DNA from: Verrucomicrobiales bacterium
GTDB lineage: Bacteria; Verrucomicrobiota; Verrucomicrobiia; Verrucomicrobiales; V1-33
Length of the DNA stretch: 64,000 nt
Direction of reading: 5' to 3'
NCBI GenBank assembly: GCA_031411295.1
Contig: JANOAV010000038.1
Span: 32,001 to 96,000 of the forward strand
Shown here: one piece after another, positions 40,545 through 50,253 of the stretch
Layout of the letters: every line of letters starts with the position of its first letter
Numbering within the stretch: position 1 is the stretch's first letter
The notes under the pieces: model-generated
The model's database searches: none
Told to the model about the DNA's origin: nothing
What the model saw: only the letters and a program-made list of their open reading frames with translations
Position numbers and translations under genes: made by a program

Positions 40545-41955
40545 TCAGACATCCTGACCTGGCCGGAAAATCGATGATCTGATGGTTTGAAAAACGAGGG
40601 TTAGGTCCGTGCCTGGGTAGGTGGTTTCGGTCTCGTTGAGTTCGGCGCACAGGTGCTCCACCACAGTGTCGTGCATGGGGTTGGTTTGGCCGTGGAGTTC
40701 TACGATAAGCTGCTTTTGCTTTGGCTCAGAGCGCAGGTTGATGGTGGTTCTAAAGAGTCCCCGCACGAAGCTCCTGGCGTCGTCGTGGCGCTGGAGTTTC
40801 TCCCGCGCTAACTGCACGAGGCTGCTCTCGGCTCGGTAGGCGATGAGTTTGATGCTGTCCATGAACTGTTTTCGCGCTGGGGCTAGTTGCTCCACTTTTT
40901 GCCCCGCTGGCAGCTCGGCTAGGGTGATGTGATGGGAGGGGTGAGTAGCCTTCCCGGTCGAAGACGAGGGTGAAGCGGTGCAGGTGGGGTTGGGCGCTGA
41001 GTTGCTCGTCACTGGGTTGGCCGGGCAGCTCCATGAGGAGGCGTGGGACGATGTCGTGCTCGAGGGTCTGTTGCAGGCCGGGGTCGATGGGTTTGGTCAC
41101 GCAAAACAAGGGCGCTCCGTCCAGCGCGTTGACCCAGTAGTCGGTGGTGGCGCGCAAACATAGGCGCTCGCGGCTGATGTAGCGCCGGGGCAACTCGGCG
41201 AGCGCTCCATGATAGACGCGGGTGTGACCGTCGATGAGCAGGGTGCCTATGCTTTGGCTCTCGTCTCGGCCCATCCAAGCCTGAGCTAAGCACGCAGCCC
41301 AGCGTGCGGTGCGCTCGGGCGAGTCGGCCAGCAGGCCAATCTTGTGACGCAAGGTTCGCACCTCTGGGATGCGATCCATGCCAATGAGCTTGCCCCACTC
41401 CCCCGGCGGTTGGTAGCGCAACTGCTCGAGGCTCGACACACGCGCCAGCGCCAGCAAGGCGAGTAGCAAGAAGATGCAATCCATCTGATAGTAGCCCTTG
41501 GGCAGGCTAAAGCCCACCTCCTGCTGATGCCGCAGCAAGCCAAAAGCCAGCAGAGCAGGCAGGGCACAAATAGTGCCGCCATTGGCGATGTCGTGAGCGG
41601 CTTCAAACTCAAGCGGTGCACCATCAAGCAAGCCCAAAGCCGCAGCCATGCGCTCACACTCACGCGTTGTAGCAATGCCGAAGAGCGCCTCACCATCAGC
41701 CACACTGGGCTCACTGGCGCTAGTCGCGCTGCTCGGAGCCATGACCTCTACAGCAACCTCCCGAGGGGCCGATGAAGCTGGCGCTAGCGCAGCGGAGGCG
41801 ACAGGCTTTTTTTAAATCGCCCAGCAGTGATGGCCTTGTGCAGCGTCGTTTGCAGCACACCCATGGCCGCGCTGATCTCTGGCACCGCAGCGCCATCATC
41901 GAGCATCCCCTGAGCTTGGAGGATGCGTTCAGGCGTGAGCTTGTGCCCTTTGACA
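40545..41955 (-). pseudogene. Fragmented DDE-type transposase
   Basis: HTH fragment (ILQAQGMLDDG...TLHKAITAGR); core with GEWGKLIGMDRIPEVRTLR, IDGHTRVY, TTDYWVN, LVFDREGYS; then a frame jump near 40943 to the C-terminal IKLIAYRAES...LNETETTYPGT. The stop codon lies inside the IR. Confidence 0.75.
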
Positions 41956-41989
41956 GGTTGTCACTACGTCCGCAGGTCAGGATGTCTGA
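40545..41989 (-). mobile_element. Degenerate insertion sequence with 17-bp perfect terminal IRs and GGC flanking direct repeat
   Basis: TCAGACATCCTGACCTG (40545-40561) and its reverse complement (41973-41989); GGC at 40542-40544 and 41990-41992; encloses transposase fragments. Confidence 0.85.
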
Positions 41990-42028
41990 GGCTAGACCAG
42001 ATTCCTCACCACCTGAACCAACGCAGTG

Positions 42029-42688
42029 CTACACAAACAGCGCGCGCAACTGCGGCAGGGTAATTTCCTCCAGCGTCTGCACCTTCAAATGAGCCGTGAG
42101 AAAGGATTCCAGCGGATGAGTGGTGCCCACGGCAATGGCTTTGGCTCCGGCGGCCAAAGCGGCGGCAATCCCCACGTGGGCGTCCTCGAAGACCACGCAT
42201 TCAGATGCGGGGCGGCCGATCTTCTCCGCCGCCTTGAGGAATACTTGGGGATCCGGCTTGCCCCGCGTGACATCCCGTTCGGCGGTGATGGCTGCGAAGT
42301 AGGGAGCCAGTCCCGTCATTTCCATAATGGTTAAAATATTCTCCAGCGACGTGGATGAACCCACCGAGCACGGGATTCCATCCGCCTTGAGGGCCTCCAG
42401 TAAGGTGATGACACCGGGCAACGGTTCGATTCCATCCCGCCGGAGCACCTCGCGATAAAGGGCTTCCTTGCGGTCTCCCAGTTGGGAAATTTTCTCCGTC
42501 TCCCCGGCCTTGGCCCAGGACGTGAATTCGGGAATGATCTTGTCATTTCTCATGCCGAACGTGGCCTTGAAGAAGCCGTCCGGCAACGGTTGGTCCAACT
42601 CATCCGCCATGAGATCCCACGCGATTTCATGCGCGTGATGCGAATCGATAATAACCCCGTCCCAATCAAATATGGCTCCTGTAAACAT
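42029..42688 (-). CDS. HAD-superfamily phosphatase (beta-phosphoglucomutase-like)
   Basis: IFDWDGVIIDS, GSST, GKPDPQVF and VVFEDA motifs. Confidence 0.9.
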   Translation of the reverse strand: MFTGAIFDWDGVIIDSHHAHEIAWDLMADELDQPLPDGFFKATFGMRNDKIIPEFTSWAKAGETEKISQLGDRKEALYREVLRRDGIEPLPGVITLLEALKADGIPCSVGSSTSLENILTIMEMTGLAPYFAAITAERDVTRGKPDPQVFLKAAEKIGRPASECVVFEDAHVGIAAALAAGAKAIAVGTTHPLESFLTAHLKVQTLEEITLPQLRALFV

Positions 42689-42789
42689 AGCGTCCATCCT
42701 TCCGATACTGTAGCCAGTTTGCAAGGAAAGTGCTGACACCGTGGGCGGATTTTCTGCGGGAGCATAAAATATTGTTTGCACATTGTCAG

Positions 42790-42812
42790 GTGTTCCAGTA
42801 TTACTGGCACAC
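42790..42812. promoter_or_regulatory. Palindromic operator, probable YtrA/GntR autoregulatory site
   Basis: GTGTTCCAGTA-t-TACTGGCACAC (10 of 11 positions match), 14 nt before the GntR ATG. Confidence 0.7.
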
Positions 42813-42826
42813 AACGAACACATAGC

Positions 42827-43210
42827 ATGTTACCCTTCCAAATCAAAATCGTCGATGGCGTGCCTCCTTCGGACCAATTGGTCCTGGCGGTGCGGCGGGC
42901 GATTCTTACGGGGTTCCTACGGGATGGTCAGGAGTTTCCTTCAGTGCGCACGATCAGCCAGGAACTGCAACTCTCCCCCACCACGGTGCATAAGGCCATC
43001 GGGCAACTGCGGGAATCCGGTTTGTTGGCCTCGCGCCCGGGCGTGGGGATGGTGGTGCGCACGGACGCGATGCCTAGCAATGCGGATCGTCTGCTGCTGC
43101 TGAAGCCTGCGATGGAGGCCTTGGTGCGGGAAGCCGTGGCGCTGCATTTGCCGCCGGAGGAAGTCGCCAAGGCCGTGGAGAAAGCCATCACCAAGGCGCG
43201 CAAAATTTAA
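42827..43210 (+). CDS. GntR-family regulator, YtrA subfamily
   Basis: 127 aa; FPSVRTISQELQLSPTTVHKA wHTH; short C-terminus; sits upstream of an ABC ATPase. Confidence 0.9.
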   Translation: MLPFQIKIVDGVPPSDQLVLAVRRAILTGFLRDGQEFPSVRTISQELQLSPTTVHKAIGQLRESGLLASRPGVGMVVRTDAMPSNADRLLLLKPAMEALVREAVALHLPPEEVAKAVEKAITKARKI

Positions 43211-43243
43211 CTGCTTTCATTATCATCTCAACTCCAGCACCCC

Positions 43244-44191
43244 ATGTCAGACGATCCCATCCGCTTTGAAAATGTGACCAAAAAGTATGGTCGCAAAATT
43301 GCTCTGTCCGATCTCACTTGGAGCGTGCCGCAGGGAAACATCACTGCGCTGCTGGGACCCAATGGAGCCGGTAAGACCACTGCGATCAAGCTCATGGTGG
43401 GGCTGCATGATCCGGATCAAGGGAATGTCCATTTGCTGGGGCGCAATACCCGTAAACTTCGCACCAAGGAATTCGCGCAGTTGGGTTACGTCAGCGAGAA
43501 TCAGAAGCTGCCAGATTGGATGACCGTAACGCAGTTTCTCGACTACTGCCGTCCGCTGTATCCCACGTGGGATAAGGATTTGGAGCGGCAGTTAGTGAAA
43601 CAATTTGCCCTCCCGATGCATCAGAAATTGAAGCAACTTTCACGCGGACAAGCGATGAAAGCTTCGCTGCTCTCCAGCATGTCTTACCGGCCACGAGTGT
43701 TGATTCTGGACGAACCCTTCAGCGGTCTGGATGCGCTGTCGCGCGATGAATTTATCGGTGGATTGCTGGAGTTGATGACGGGCGACGGTTGGACGGTTTG
43801 CATTTCCTCACACGACTTCTTCGAGGTGGAACGCTTGGCGGATCATCTCGCCATTCTGGATCAAGGAACGCTCCGCGTGGATGAGCCAGCCAGTCAGTTG
43901 CAGGAACGGATGAAGCGCATCGTCCTCAACTTACCAGCCCAGGAACCATTACCGGAGCACCTGCCGGTGACATGGCAGCGGGTCGAACGCAGTGGGGACT
44001 TGGTGCGCTTCGTGGACACGGCTTATGCTGCGGATGGCCATGGGGAACGTTTATCGGCACTGTTGCCGATGGCCCAGTTGATGGAAGTAAACGCGTTGAG
44101 TCTGCGGGAAATTTTCGTCTGCTTGTCGCTGCAGTTTCGCTGGGAACAAGCCACTGGCATCACTGCTGAAACCATCTCTGCCGCCTCATGA
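43244..44191 (+). CDS. ABC transporter ATP-binding protein (ABC-2/YtrB-like)
   Basis: GPNGAGKTT, LSRGQ, ILDEPFSGLD and SSH motifs. Confidence 0.93.
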   Translation: MSDDPIRFENVTKKYGRKIALSDLTWSVPQGNITALLGPNGAGKTTAIKLMVGLHDPDQGNVHLLGRNTRKLRTKEFAQLGYVSENQKLPDWMTVTQFLDYCRPLYPTWDKDLERQLVKQFALPMHQKLKQLSRGQAMKASLLSSMSYRPRVLILDEPFSGLDALSRDEFIGGLLELMTGDGWTVCISSHDFFEVERLADHLAILDQGTLRVDEPASQLQERMKRIVLNLPAQEPLPEHLPVTWQRVERSGDLVRFVDTAYAADGHGERLSALLPMAQLMEVNALSLREIFVCLSLQFRWEQATGITAETISAAS

Positions 44192-46164
44192 AACGCGCCC
44201 TCCATCTCCTGCGTCATACCGTGCGTCCTCTCGCGGGTTTCCTGTTGGCACACTGGATCTGCTGCTGGCTGGATTTCTTTTCTGCTGAAGATTGGAAAGA
44301 GCAGATGGCTAGCAACCGCACGAGTGTCCACCTCTCTCTGCTCACTGGCTGCGTCGTCGCGTGGATGGCAGGGTATGCCGTGCGATTCCGTCCGCGGGAA
44401 TCGAGTTATTTTGTGCAGCCAGTTTCCTATGTTGAACGTCTGGGGATTCAGGTGGTTACGGTGTTGGTGATCGCCATCCTTGGGCCTTTGATGGTTCAGT
44501 GGATGGTGATTGGTGGGGCGGACGTAAGCGGCCTTTGGTGGCGGTTGCGTTACGCCCTGCACCATGGGTTAAAGGATTATCTGCTGGTGGGGACTTTTTT
44601 CATAACCGGTCTGCTGGGGCTTTCCTGGCTGCGGGCGCTCTTGTTGACAGGCATCAGTTATTGGTTGGCATATTCGTGCCTGTTGGTATTCGAGTTCCTC
44701 GACCTTAAGCGAGTGGACATCCTTTTGCATTGGGGATTACTCTGGGGCCTTGGATTGGTGGGCTTTGCAGTCTGGAAACAACGCGTTGAGTTGACGGGAT
44801 TTAGACTCTCGATCCTTGGTGCGCTCAGTGTGATTGGAATTTCGATGGCTCTTACGTATGGCGATCACCTTTGGCTCGATAAGCAAGTTAGCGCACTCGT
44901 GGAGGAAACCTTTGAGAAGTATCCTCAAGAAAATGCCTACACGATGCGAGTGGTTAGCTCTACTGAGGTGATTACGATTACAACGTCTGAGAAAGTTACC
45001 TCCGGTGTGCTCAAGTTGCTGCCGAAACGGGACCGGCTAATGTTTCCCGAAGGTGCGGTGCAGCAGCCCACATGGGCTTGGCGCAGTGGGACTGACCAAC
45101 CTTGGTCCGCTACTGATACATCCGTTTTGGAGGCCAAACCATTTGATGATTTCTATCAACTCCGCTTAAATAACACCAGAAGTGAGCCCGTTCAACTCCA
45201 GGATGGCCAGATCAAGTTGAAAATGCTCGTGGAGTTTTCGCTTTTCACACACAAAACAGATTCGGAAACGGAGACGCAATACTATGCCAAGCGGATGGTG
45301 GAGGGGCCATGCCGCCGCGCAAGTCGCTGGTTAGACTTCGTCATCGATCATGTAACGATCACCCTTCCGGGCATTGCCCAAACGGGCCCAACTATGACCA
45401 AGAACGCTTTCAAATCACGTTCTTGGAACGACGGGGTGAAGCTCCGTTTAGCCGCTGTTGACCCGAACCATCTTCCCGAAAATGTCATTGAACTGGCAGA
45501 TTACGTCCAGCATCATTCCGCAGAAGAAATTGCGCCACTGGTAACCAAATGGCTGCCAGAGCTTTTGCAGTTGCTGGAAATGGAAGTCGGGATTGATCAA
45601 ATCACGCCAGCAATAGAAAAAGCGGCAACTGAGGAGCACAAGGCGCAGATCATCGCCAAGGTTCCATTGGTGCCACAGTTGACTTCAGTGCTGCTTGCAA
45701 AGGGGTGGTTGATGGAGGCGAAACGTGAAGTTATTGCGAGCACGGAACTGATCCCTTCCCGATCCCCAGGGCTGCTAAAGGCGCTTATCGCGGCTGGTGA
45801 CAAAGATTTCTATCCCTTGATTCATCGGATTCTGCTACAGGATGAACGCAGGCCGGATGGGGTCCCTGATCTGATCGCGTGGCCAGGCTTGCGGGATTAC
45901 CTTTGGGAGCATCGATCGAAACGTTTTGAAATCCGTGAAGGACAGCGGATCTGGTCTTTGTTGCTCAAGTCTGGCTCCCTCCCAGCGCTGATCGAATGCC
46001 TGCGGCAACGGTCTTTCTGGGCGGGCGAGTTCCTGCGAGACGATCATTTGCAGCCGCTCCAGCTCGATAAGTCAACCATCGAGGAAATCCAAAAGCATCA
46101 GGATCGGCTGTCTTTTCATCCTTCGCTGAAGATTTTCATCTATACCAAACCTGCAGTGCCATGA
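44188..46164 (+). CDS. Putative ABC permease with large C-terminal soluble domain
   Basis: About 7 N-terminal TM segments; ATGA overlap with the ATPase gene. Confidence 0.6.
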   Translation: MKRALHLLRHTVRPLAGFLLAHWICCWLDFFSAEDWKEQMASNRTSVHLSLLTGCVVAWMAGYAVRFRPRESSYFVQPVSYVERLGIQVVTVLVIAILGPLMVQWMVIGGADVSGLWWRLRYALHHGLKDYLLVGTFFITGLLGLSWLRALLLTGISYWLAYSCLLVFEFLDLKRVDILLHWGLLWGLGLVGFAVWKQRVELTGFRLSILGALSVIGISMALTYGDHLWLDKQVSALVEETFEKYPQENAYTMRVVSSTEVITITTSEKVTSGVLKLLPKRDRLMFPEGAVQQPTWAWRSGTDQPWSATDTSVLEAKPFDDFYQLRLNNTRSEPVQLQDGQIKLKMLVEFSLFTHKTDSETETQYYAKRMVEGPCRRASRWLDFVIDHVTITLPGIAQTGPTMTKNAFKSRSWNDGVKLRLAAVDPNHLPENVIELADYVQHHSAEEIAPLVTKWLPELLQLLEMEVGIDQITPAIEKAATEEHKAQIIAKVPLVPQLTSVLLAKGWLMEAKREVIASTELIPSRSPGLLKALIAAGDKDFYPLIHRILLQDERRPDGVPDLIAWPGLRDYLWEHRSKRFEIREGQRIWSLLLKSGSLPALIECLRQRSFWAGEFLRDDHLQPLQLDKSTIEEIQKHQDRLSFHPSLKIFIYTKPAVP

Positions 46165-48347
46165 ATTACATTCTCCATCAATTCCGCTGGACCCTCCGCC
46201 GGAGGTATCGTGAGATCATTGGTTTGTGGCTGCTTTGGATGGGGCTATTACTCATGCCGCATCGGGCGGAACACATGGAGGATATGGTCTTGGCGCACGG
46301 GTTGTCGTTGATCGGTGTCATTGCAGTGTTGGGGGTATTGCTTGATACTCTGATGGATGCGCCCGCTATGGGCACGAGACAATTCTGGCGCACGCGTCCC
46401 GTCACTTGGGGGAAGATGTTGGTAACGCAATTACTGCTGGTGCTCTTCCTGCTGTTGCCTGCGGTTGCGGTCTGGGGCTGGCAATGTTGGCGATTGGGAG
46501 CCGCGTCAGATTTCCTCCTAGGCACGCTCGCGATCTTAGTCATGGGTCTGGCAGGGGCGGTTTCAGTAGCCGCGGCGGCTAGTTTCGCCAAGGGGAGAGC
46601 GCAGTTCGTGTGGGTAGTGCCGCTCGCGGTGTGCCTGGGCTATGTTTGGTGGGTCGCGCTGTTGGATCATGGGCTGATTGCGCTTCCACTGGGTTTTGTG
46701 GTTTGCTGCTGTATTGTTGCGCCCGGGATGGAACGTGGGAAATGGATGCGCAGAGCCGGACTGGGATTGCTGGTTATCGTAGGGGTTTACTTTGCGAGGA
46801 TGGAAGAAAATTGGGAGAGAACCCATGTGCTTGATGTTCAGTTGACCAAGCTTTCCCAACGCACCTTCGAGGAATCCGGTCTTTCATTGCGGGACGAGCA
46901 GCACCATTTGCGCGCCACGCTGTCTCCGTCTGCCGACTACGTCGCCCCTACTGGTGTCGTGGTGCCGGTGGCGGAGCAGATCTCGGCAGTGCTTCCGTTG
47001 CCAGCAGACATCCCCTCAATTAAAGCGAAGTTGAATCTCCCCTCCGAGACCCGGTGGTATGAAGCCGCCTCTGGGCTTTCGCATGGTGAACTTCAGATCA
47101 TGATGCCATCGGTTCCTTCGGTGTTCAAAGTCATCTCGCGCGAGCGCAGTCCCCTCAGGTTTGGAGAAACGACGCGTAGTGCAGGCGAACTCACTGCCTA
47201 CTCGGCCATTCGAAACGACGCAGAACAACTGGTAATCAGTGGCGAACAATGGCGCGCAGTCTGGGGGGATTTTACGGATGCGAAATATTTCCTCTACTCG
47301 GGTAAACGATCCTTGGTGCTCCCAGCGCGCGAGGAGACTAAAAGTTCTGCTTGGCTGCCGATTTGGATGGAGCGGATCAACACCACACTCACGATCTCGC
47401 TTCCTCCCGGGGAATTGCTCTCCGGCGGGCCGTGGAGAGATGATGAACTTTCAGGACTGGAAATCATTACGGTCAAGTCACGACCTTGCCTACCACCATT
47501 GCCGCTGGAGCAGACACCAGCCGCCCGAGCCGAACAACTACAACAACTTGCACGAGCGATCGAACAGTTCGGGCCGTTAGCCGGGTTTTTCCCATCCAGA
47601 GCTTATGCGGATGACCAACCTAGCTTCTGGAAGGTCTACGGGAAGGCAGGGACGAATGTCTTGATGCAAGCGATTCCCGTTCCGTATCAATTCTTCTACG
47701 ACAGCCATGGCTGGCAGTTTAGCAGCTACTCAGACGAAGAACTTATAGCACAAGCTAGCCGAAGCCCAGAGTGGCTCGTAGCCGTCGGTTGGATCCGTGA
47801 GAAATTGCAATTGGGGGCAGTCGCACGTAGACTCCTAAATTCGGGAGCCAAACCCGATATCGCGTTACTGGCGTATGCCTTGCAGGGGGTTGCCGAAAGC
47901 GACTATCCGCTGATCCTACAAACATTGGCCAACGTTTCCACTGTGGAATCTAAGCGGATCTACCAGAAAGAGCCCTGGCGCGAGCTAGTAAAGCTACCCG
48001 GATTGAACTATCAATCATCCGTGGGAGCGTTGTGGAAACGCTTCGGTAACAGCAGTCCAACACCCGACTTCACCTTTGCGGCGGCCTTGAGCGGGGAGAT
48101 GGAGGCGATGGATCTACTGGTCCTCAGCCAGAGTTTTAATTTGTCCTCCTATCGAGTTGACATAAGTTCACACCCGAAAGCACCGCGAGCGTCCAAAGAT
48201 CAATGGAAGCCGGATGATGACCTGAGGCATCTACTGCCAGAAGCCCCGAAGCCATGGCAAGAGTTTTTCAAATGGTATGCCGACCACCGGGCGGCCCTAA
48301 CGTGGGATGCGGCAGCGCGGGTTTATCGCCAGGCGGATGCAAGTTGA
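46161..48347 (+). CDS. Putative ABC permease with large C-terminal soluble domain (second)
   Basis: ILHQFRW start; GTRQFWRTRPVT motif reminiscent of ABC-2 permeases; about 7 TM; ATGA overlap. Confidence 0.65.
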   Translation: MNYILHQFRWTLRRRYREIIGLWLLWMGLLLMPHRAEHMEDMVLAHGLSLIGVIAVLGVLLDTLMDAPAMGTRQFWRTRPVTWGKMLVTQLLLVLFLLLPAVAVWGWQCWRLGAASDFLLGTLAILVMGLAGAVSVAAAASFAKGRAQFVWVVPLAVCLGYVWWVALLDHGLIALPLGFVVCCCIVAPGMERGKWMRRAGLGLLVIVGVYFARMEENWERTHVLDVQLTKLSQRTFEESGLSLRDEQHHLRATLSPSADYVAPTGVVVPVAEQISAVLPLPADIPSIKAKLNLPSETRWYEAASGLSHGELQIMMPSVPSVFKVISRERSPLRFGETTRSAGELTAYSAIRNDAEQLVISGEQWRAVWGDFTDAKYFLYSGKRSLVLPAREETKSSAWLPIWMERINTTLTISLPPGELLSGGPWRDDELSGLEIITVKSRPCLPPLPLEQTPAARAEQLQQLARAIEQFGPLAGFFPSRAYADDQPSFWKVYGKAGTNVLMQAIPVPYQFFYDSHGWQFSSYSDEELIAQASRSPEWLVAVGWIREKLQLGAVARRLLNSGAKPDIALLAYALQGVAESDYPLILQTLANVSTVESKRIYQKEPWRELVKLPGLNYQSSVGALWKRFGNSSPTPDFTFAAALSGEMEAMDLLVLSQSFNLSSYRVDISSHPKAPRASKDQWKPDDDLRHLLPEAPKPWQEFFKWYADHRAALTWDAAARVYRQADAS

Positions 48348-48394
48348 CCATGAGGCAAGGTTCCAAGTCCCTAAAGTTTCATTAGGGCAAAGCG

Positions 48395-48946
48395 CTATCG
48401 TGAGCGCTGGAGTGCCTCCCGGGGTGGAGCAATCGAGATGCTAACTTTTCCTGCGTTGGTCTTCCAAAGGAGCTTGGCTGCCCGGGCTTGATCGTCGATG
48501 GGACTGGGGGGAATGGCATAGACGGAAATGCTGCCGGCCTCGCTGGTGGGGGTGATTTTCTGGGTGCCCGGGGAGATTTTAATCCATTCCTCGATCTCCG
48601 CGTCCCGAGCGGTAAAGATCAGATTTAGCTGGTGGTCGGGCGTTTCATCCGGCTGGATGACGCGGATGTCAGTGGCGGATTTTGGCAGCGGATTCAGGCG
48701 GGCGAAGCTGCAGATTTTGGAGACTTCAGAAACCTGGGACGTGTCGCTGGAGCTGTCGGTCAGTAAATAAAACCCTCCTACCACTAACAAGAGAATCATC
48801 CCGATCAACTGCAGGATCATTTTCCCGGTGACTCGTTCGGGCGGCCGCGGGGCGGGGCGACGCGGGGATAATTCCGCACCCAGCAACGCGGCGGGCGGAT
48901 CATTGTCGGGTGGCTGGGGGCGACGACGCGGAGGAGGAATCGGCAT
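48395..48946 (-). CDS. Hypothetical single-TM protein
   Basis: Pro/Arg-rich N-terminus, one TM segment, small soluble domain. Confidence 0.6.
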   Translation of the reverse strand: MPIPPPRRRPQPPDNDPPAALLGAELSPRRPAPRPPERVTGKMILQLIGMILLLVVGGFYLLTDSSSDTSQVSEVSKICSFARLNPLPKSATDIRVIQPDETPDHQLNLIFTARDAEIEEWIKISPGTQKITPTSEAGSISVYAIPPSPIDDQARAAKLLWKTNAGKVSISIAPPREALQRSR

Positions 48947-48957
48947 GGGTGGGAGAA

Positions 48958-49236
48958 TTAATTGATGATACTGAACCCTTGCACGCCACCCAGGGACGGG
49001 AGGCGGTGGACTTCCTTCTCTTTGATGTGGTGGGCCAGGTCGCTGTTCACTTCTAATTCTTCGAGGAAGTCCAATAATTCCGACTCCTCATTGGCAGCCA
49101 CTTGCAGTTCCACGCGGCCATCCGGCAGATTCTTCACCCAACCCGTGACATCGAAGCCCAGGGCGAGGCGCTTGGTGGCATAGCGGAAGCCAACGCCTTG
49201 GACGCGGCCAGTGTAGAAAATTTGTCGTGCAGCCAT
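48958..49236 (-). CDS. acyP: Acylphosphatase
   Basis: GRVQGVGFR and [12 protein letters not shown] motifs. Confidence 0.93.
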   Translation of the reverse strand: MAARQIFYTGRVQGVGFRYATKRLALGFDVTGWVKNLPDGRVELQVAANEESELLDFLEELEVNSDLAHHIKEKEVHRLPSLGGVQGFSIIN

Positions 49237-49424
49237 GGTGGTAGGTGGTTCGATGGGGTGGGGATCAGGAGTAGCGCGAATGAGGGGAATCTGCAAGTCC
49301 GCTGTGGGGTTTGGGGTGACACCCGAGCCCGGCAAAAATTTCCGTAAAATTGGTGATTGCTCATTTTCTAATCTCCCGCCATGAAAGTCCCTCTCATTGA
49401 GTTAATAACGAACCATTGCAAATT

Positions 49425-50171
49425 ATGTTTTCCCTGACTGACAAAGTAGCCGTCGTGACCGGAGCCGGACGCGGCATCGGCCAAGCCATCGCCCAGACCC
49501 TCGCAGCTGCCGGAGCCAAAGTGGCGATCGTAAGCCGCACCGAGGCCAACTCATCCAAAGTGGCGGCCCTGATTAATGAAGCTCACCCCGGAGCGGCCAA
49601 GCCCTATGCCGTGGATATTGCGGACTCTGCTGCGGTAGCGGAAATGGGCAAGACCGTGCTGGCGGATTTCGGACGAGTGGACATTCTGGTGAACAATGCG
49701 GGCCTTACGCGGGACGGTTTGGCGTTGCGCATGAGCGAGGAGGATTGGGACTTGGTGCTGGATACGAACTTGAAAGGCGCATTTAACGCAGTGAAGGCCT
49801 TCCAGCGTTCTATTTTGAAATCCACGGCTGGCCGCATCATCAATATTAGCTCGGTGGTGGGATTAACTGGGGCGGCGGGTCAGATCAATTATGCGGCCAG
49901 CAAGGCAGGTCTCATTGGCTTCACCAAAAGTGTGGCGCGGGAGTTTGCCGGACGCGGAGTGACCTCCAATGCCATTGCTCCTGGCTTCATCGATACCGAT
50001 ATGACTCATGTCCTGAGCGACGACATCAAGGCGGGAATCAAGGCGAAAATTCCGCTGAATTCTTTCGGCAACGTGGATGATATCGCCCAAGCCGTCTTGT
50101 TTCTAGCCAGTCCTGCGGCCCGCTATATTACTGGGCAAGTGCTGACGGTGGATGGTGGATTGGTAATGTAG
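49425..50171 (+). CDS. fabG: 3-oxoacyl-ACP reductase
   Basis: TGAGRGIG, NNAGLTRD, NYAASKAG, PGFIDTDMT and YITGQVLTVDGG motifs. Confidence 0.93.
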   Translation: MFSLTDKVAVVTGAGRGIGQAIAQTLAAAGAKVAIVSRTEANSSKVAALINEAHPGAAKPYAVDIADSAAVAEMGKTVLADFGRVDILVNNAGLTRDGLALRMSEEDWDLVLDTNLKGAFNAVKAFQRSILKSTAGRIINISSVVGLTGAAGQINYAASKAGLIGFTKSVAREFAGRGVTSNAIAPGFIDTDMTHVLSDDIKAGIKAKIPLNSFGNVDDIAQAVLFLASPAARYITGQVLTVDGGLVM

Positions 50172-50253
50172 CGCGGCGGATTTTTTCGCTTCCCCAGAGA
50201 TCGAAATGATGTTAAACGCAATGGGTAAGGTATTACCCACGTCGTTTTCCAAT

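Noticed and set aside
4309..41992. Prophage or integrative element explaining the secreted-protein region
   Set aside because: No integrase, phage, conjugation, tRNA or att repeat was seen; only a decayed IS at one edge.
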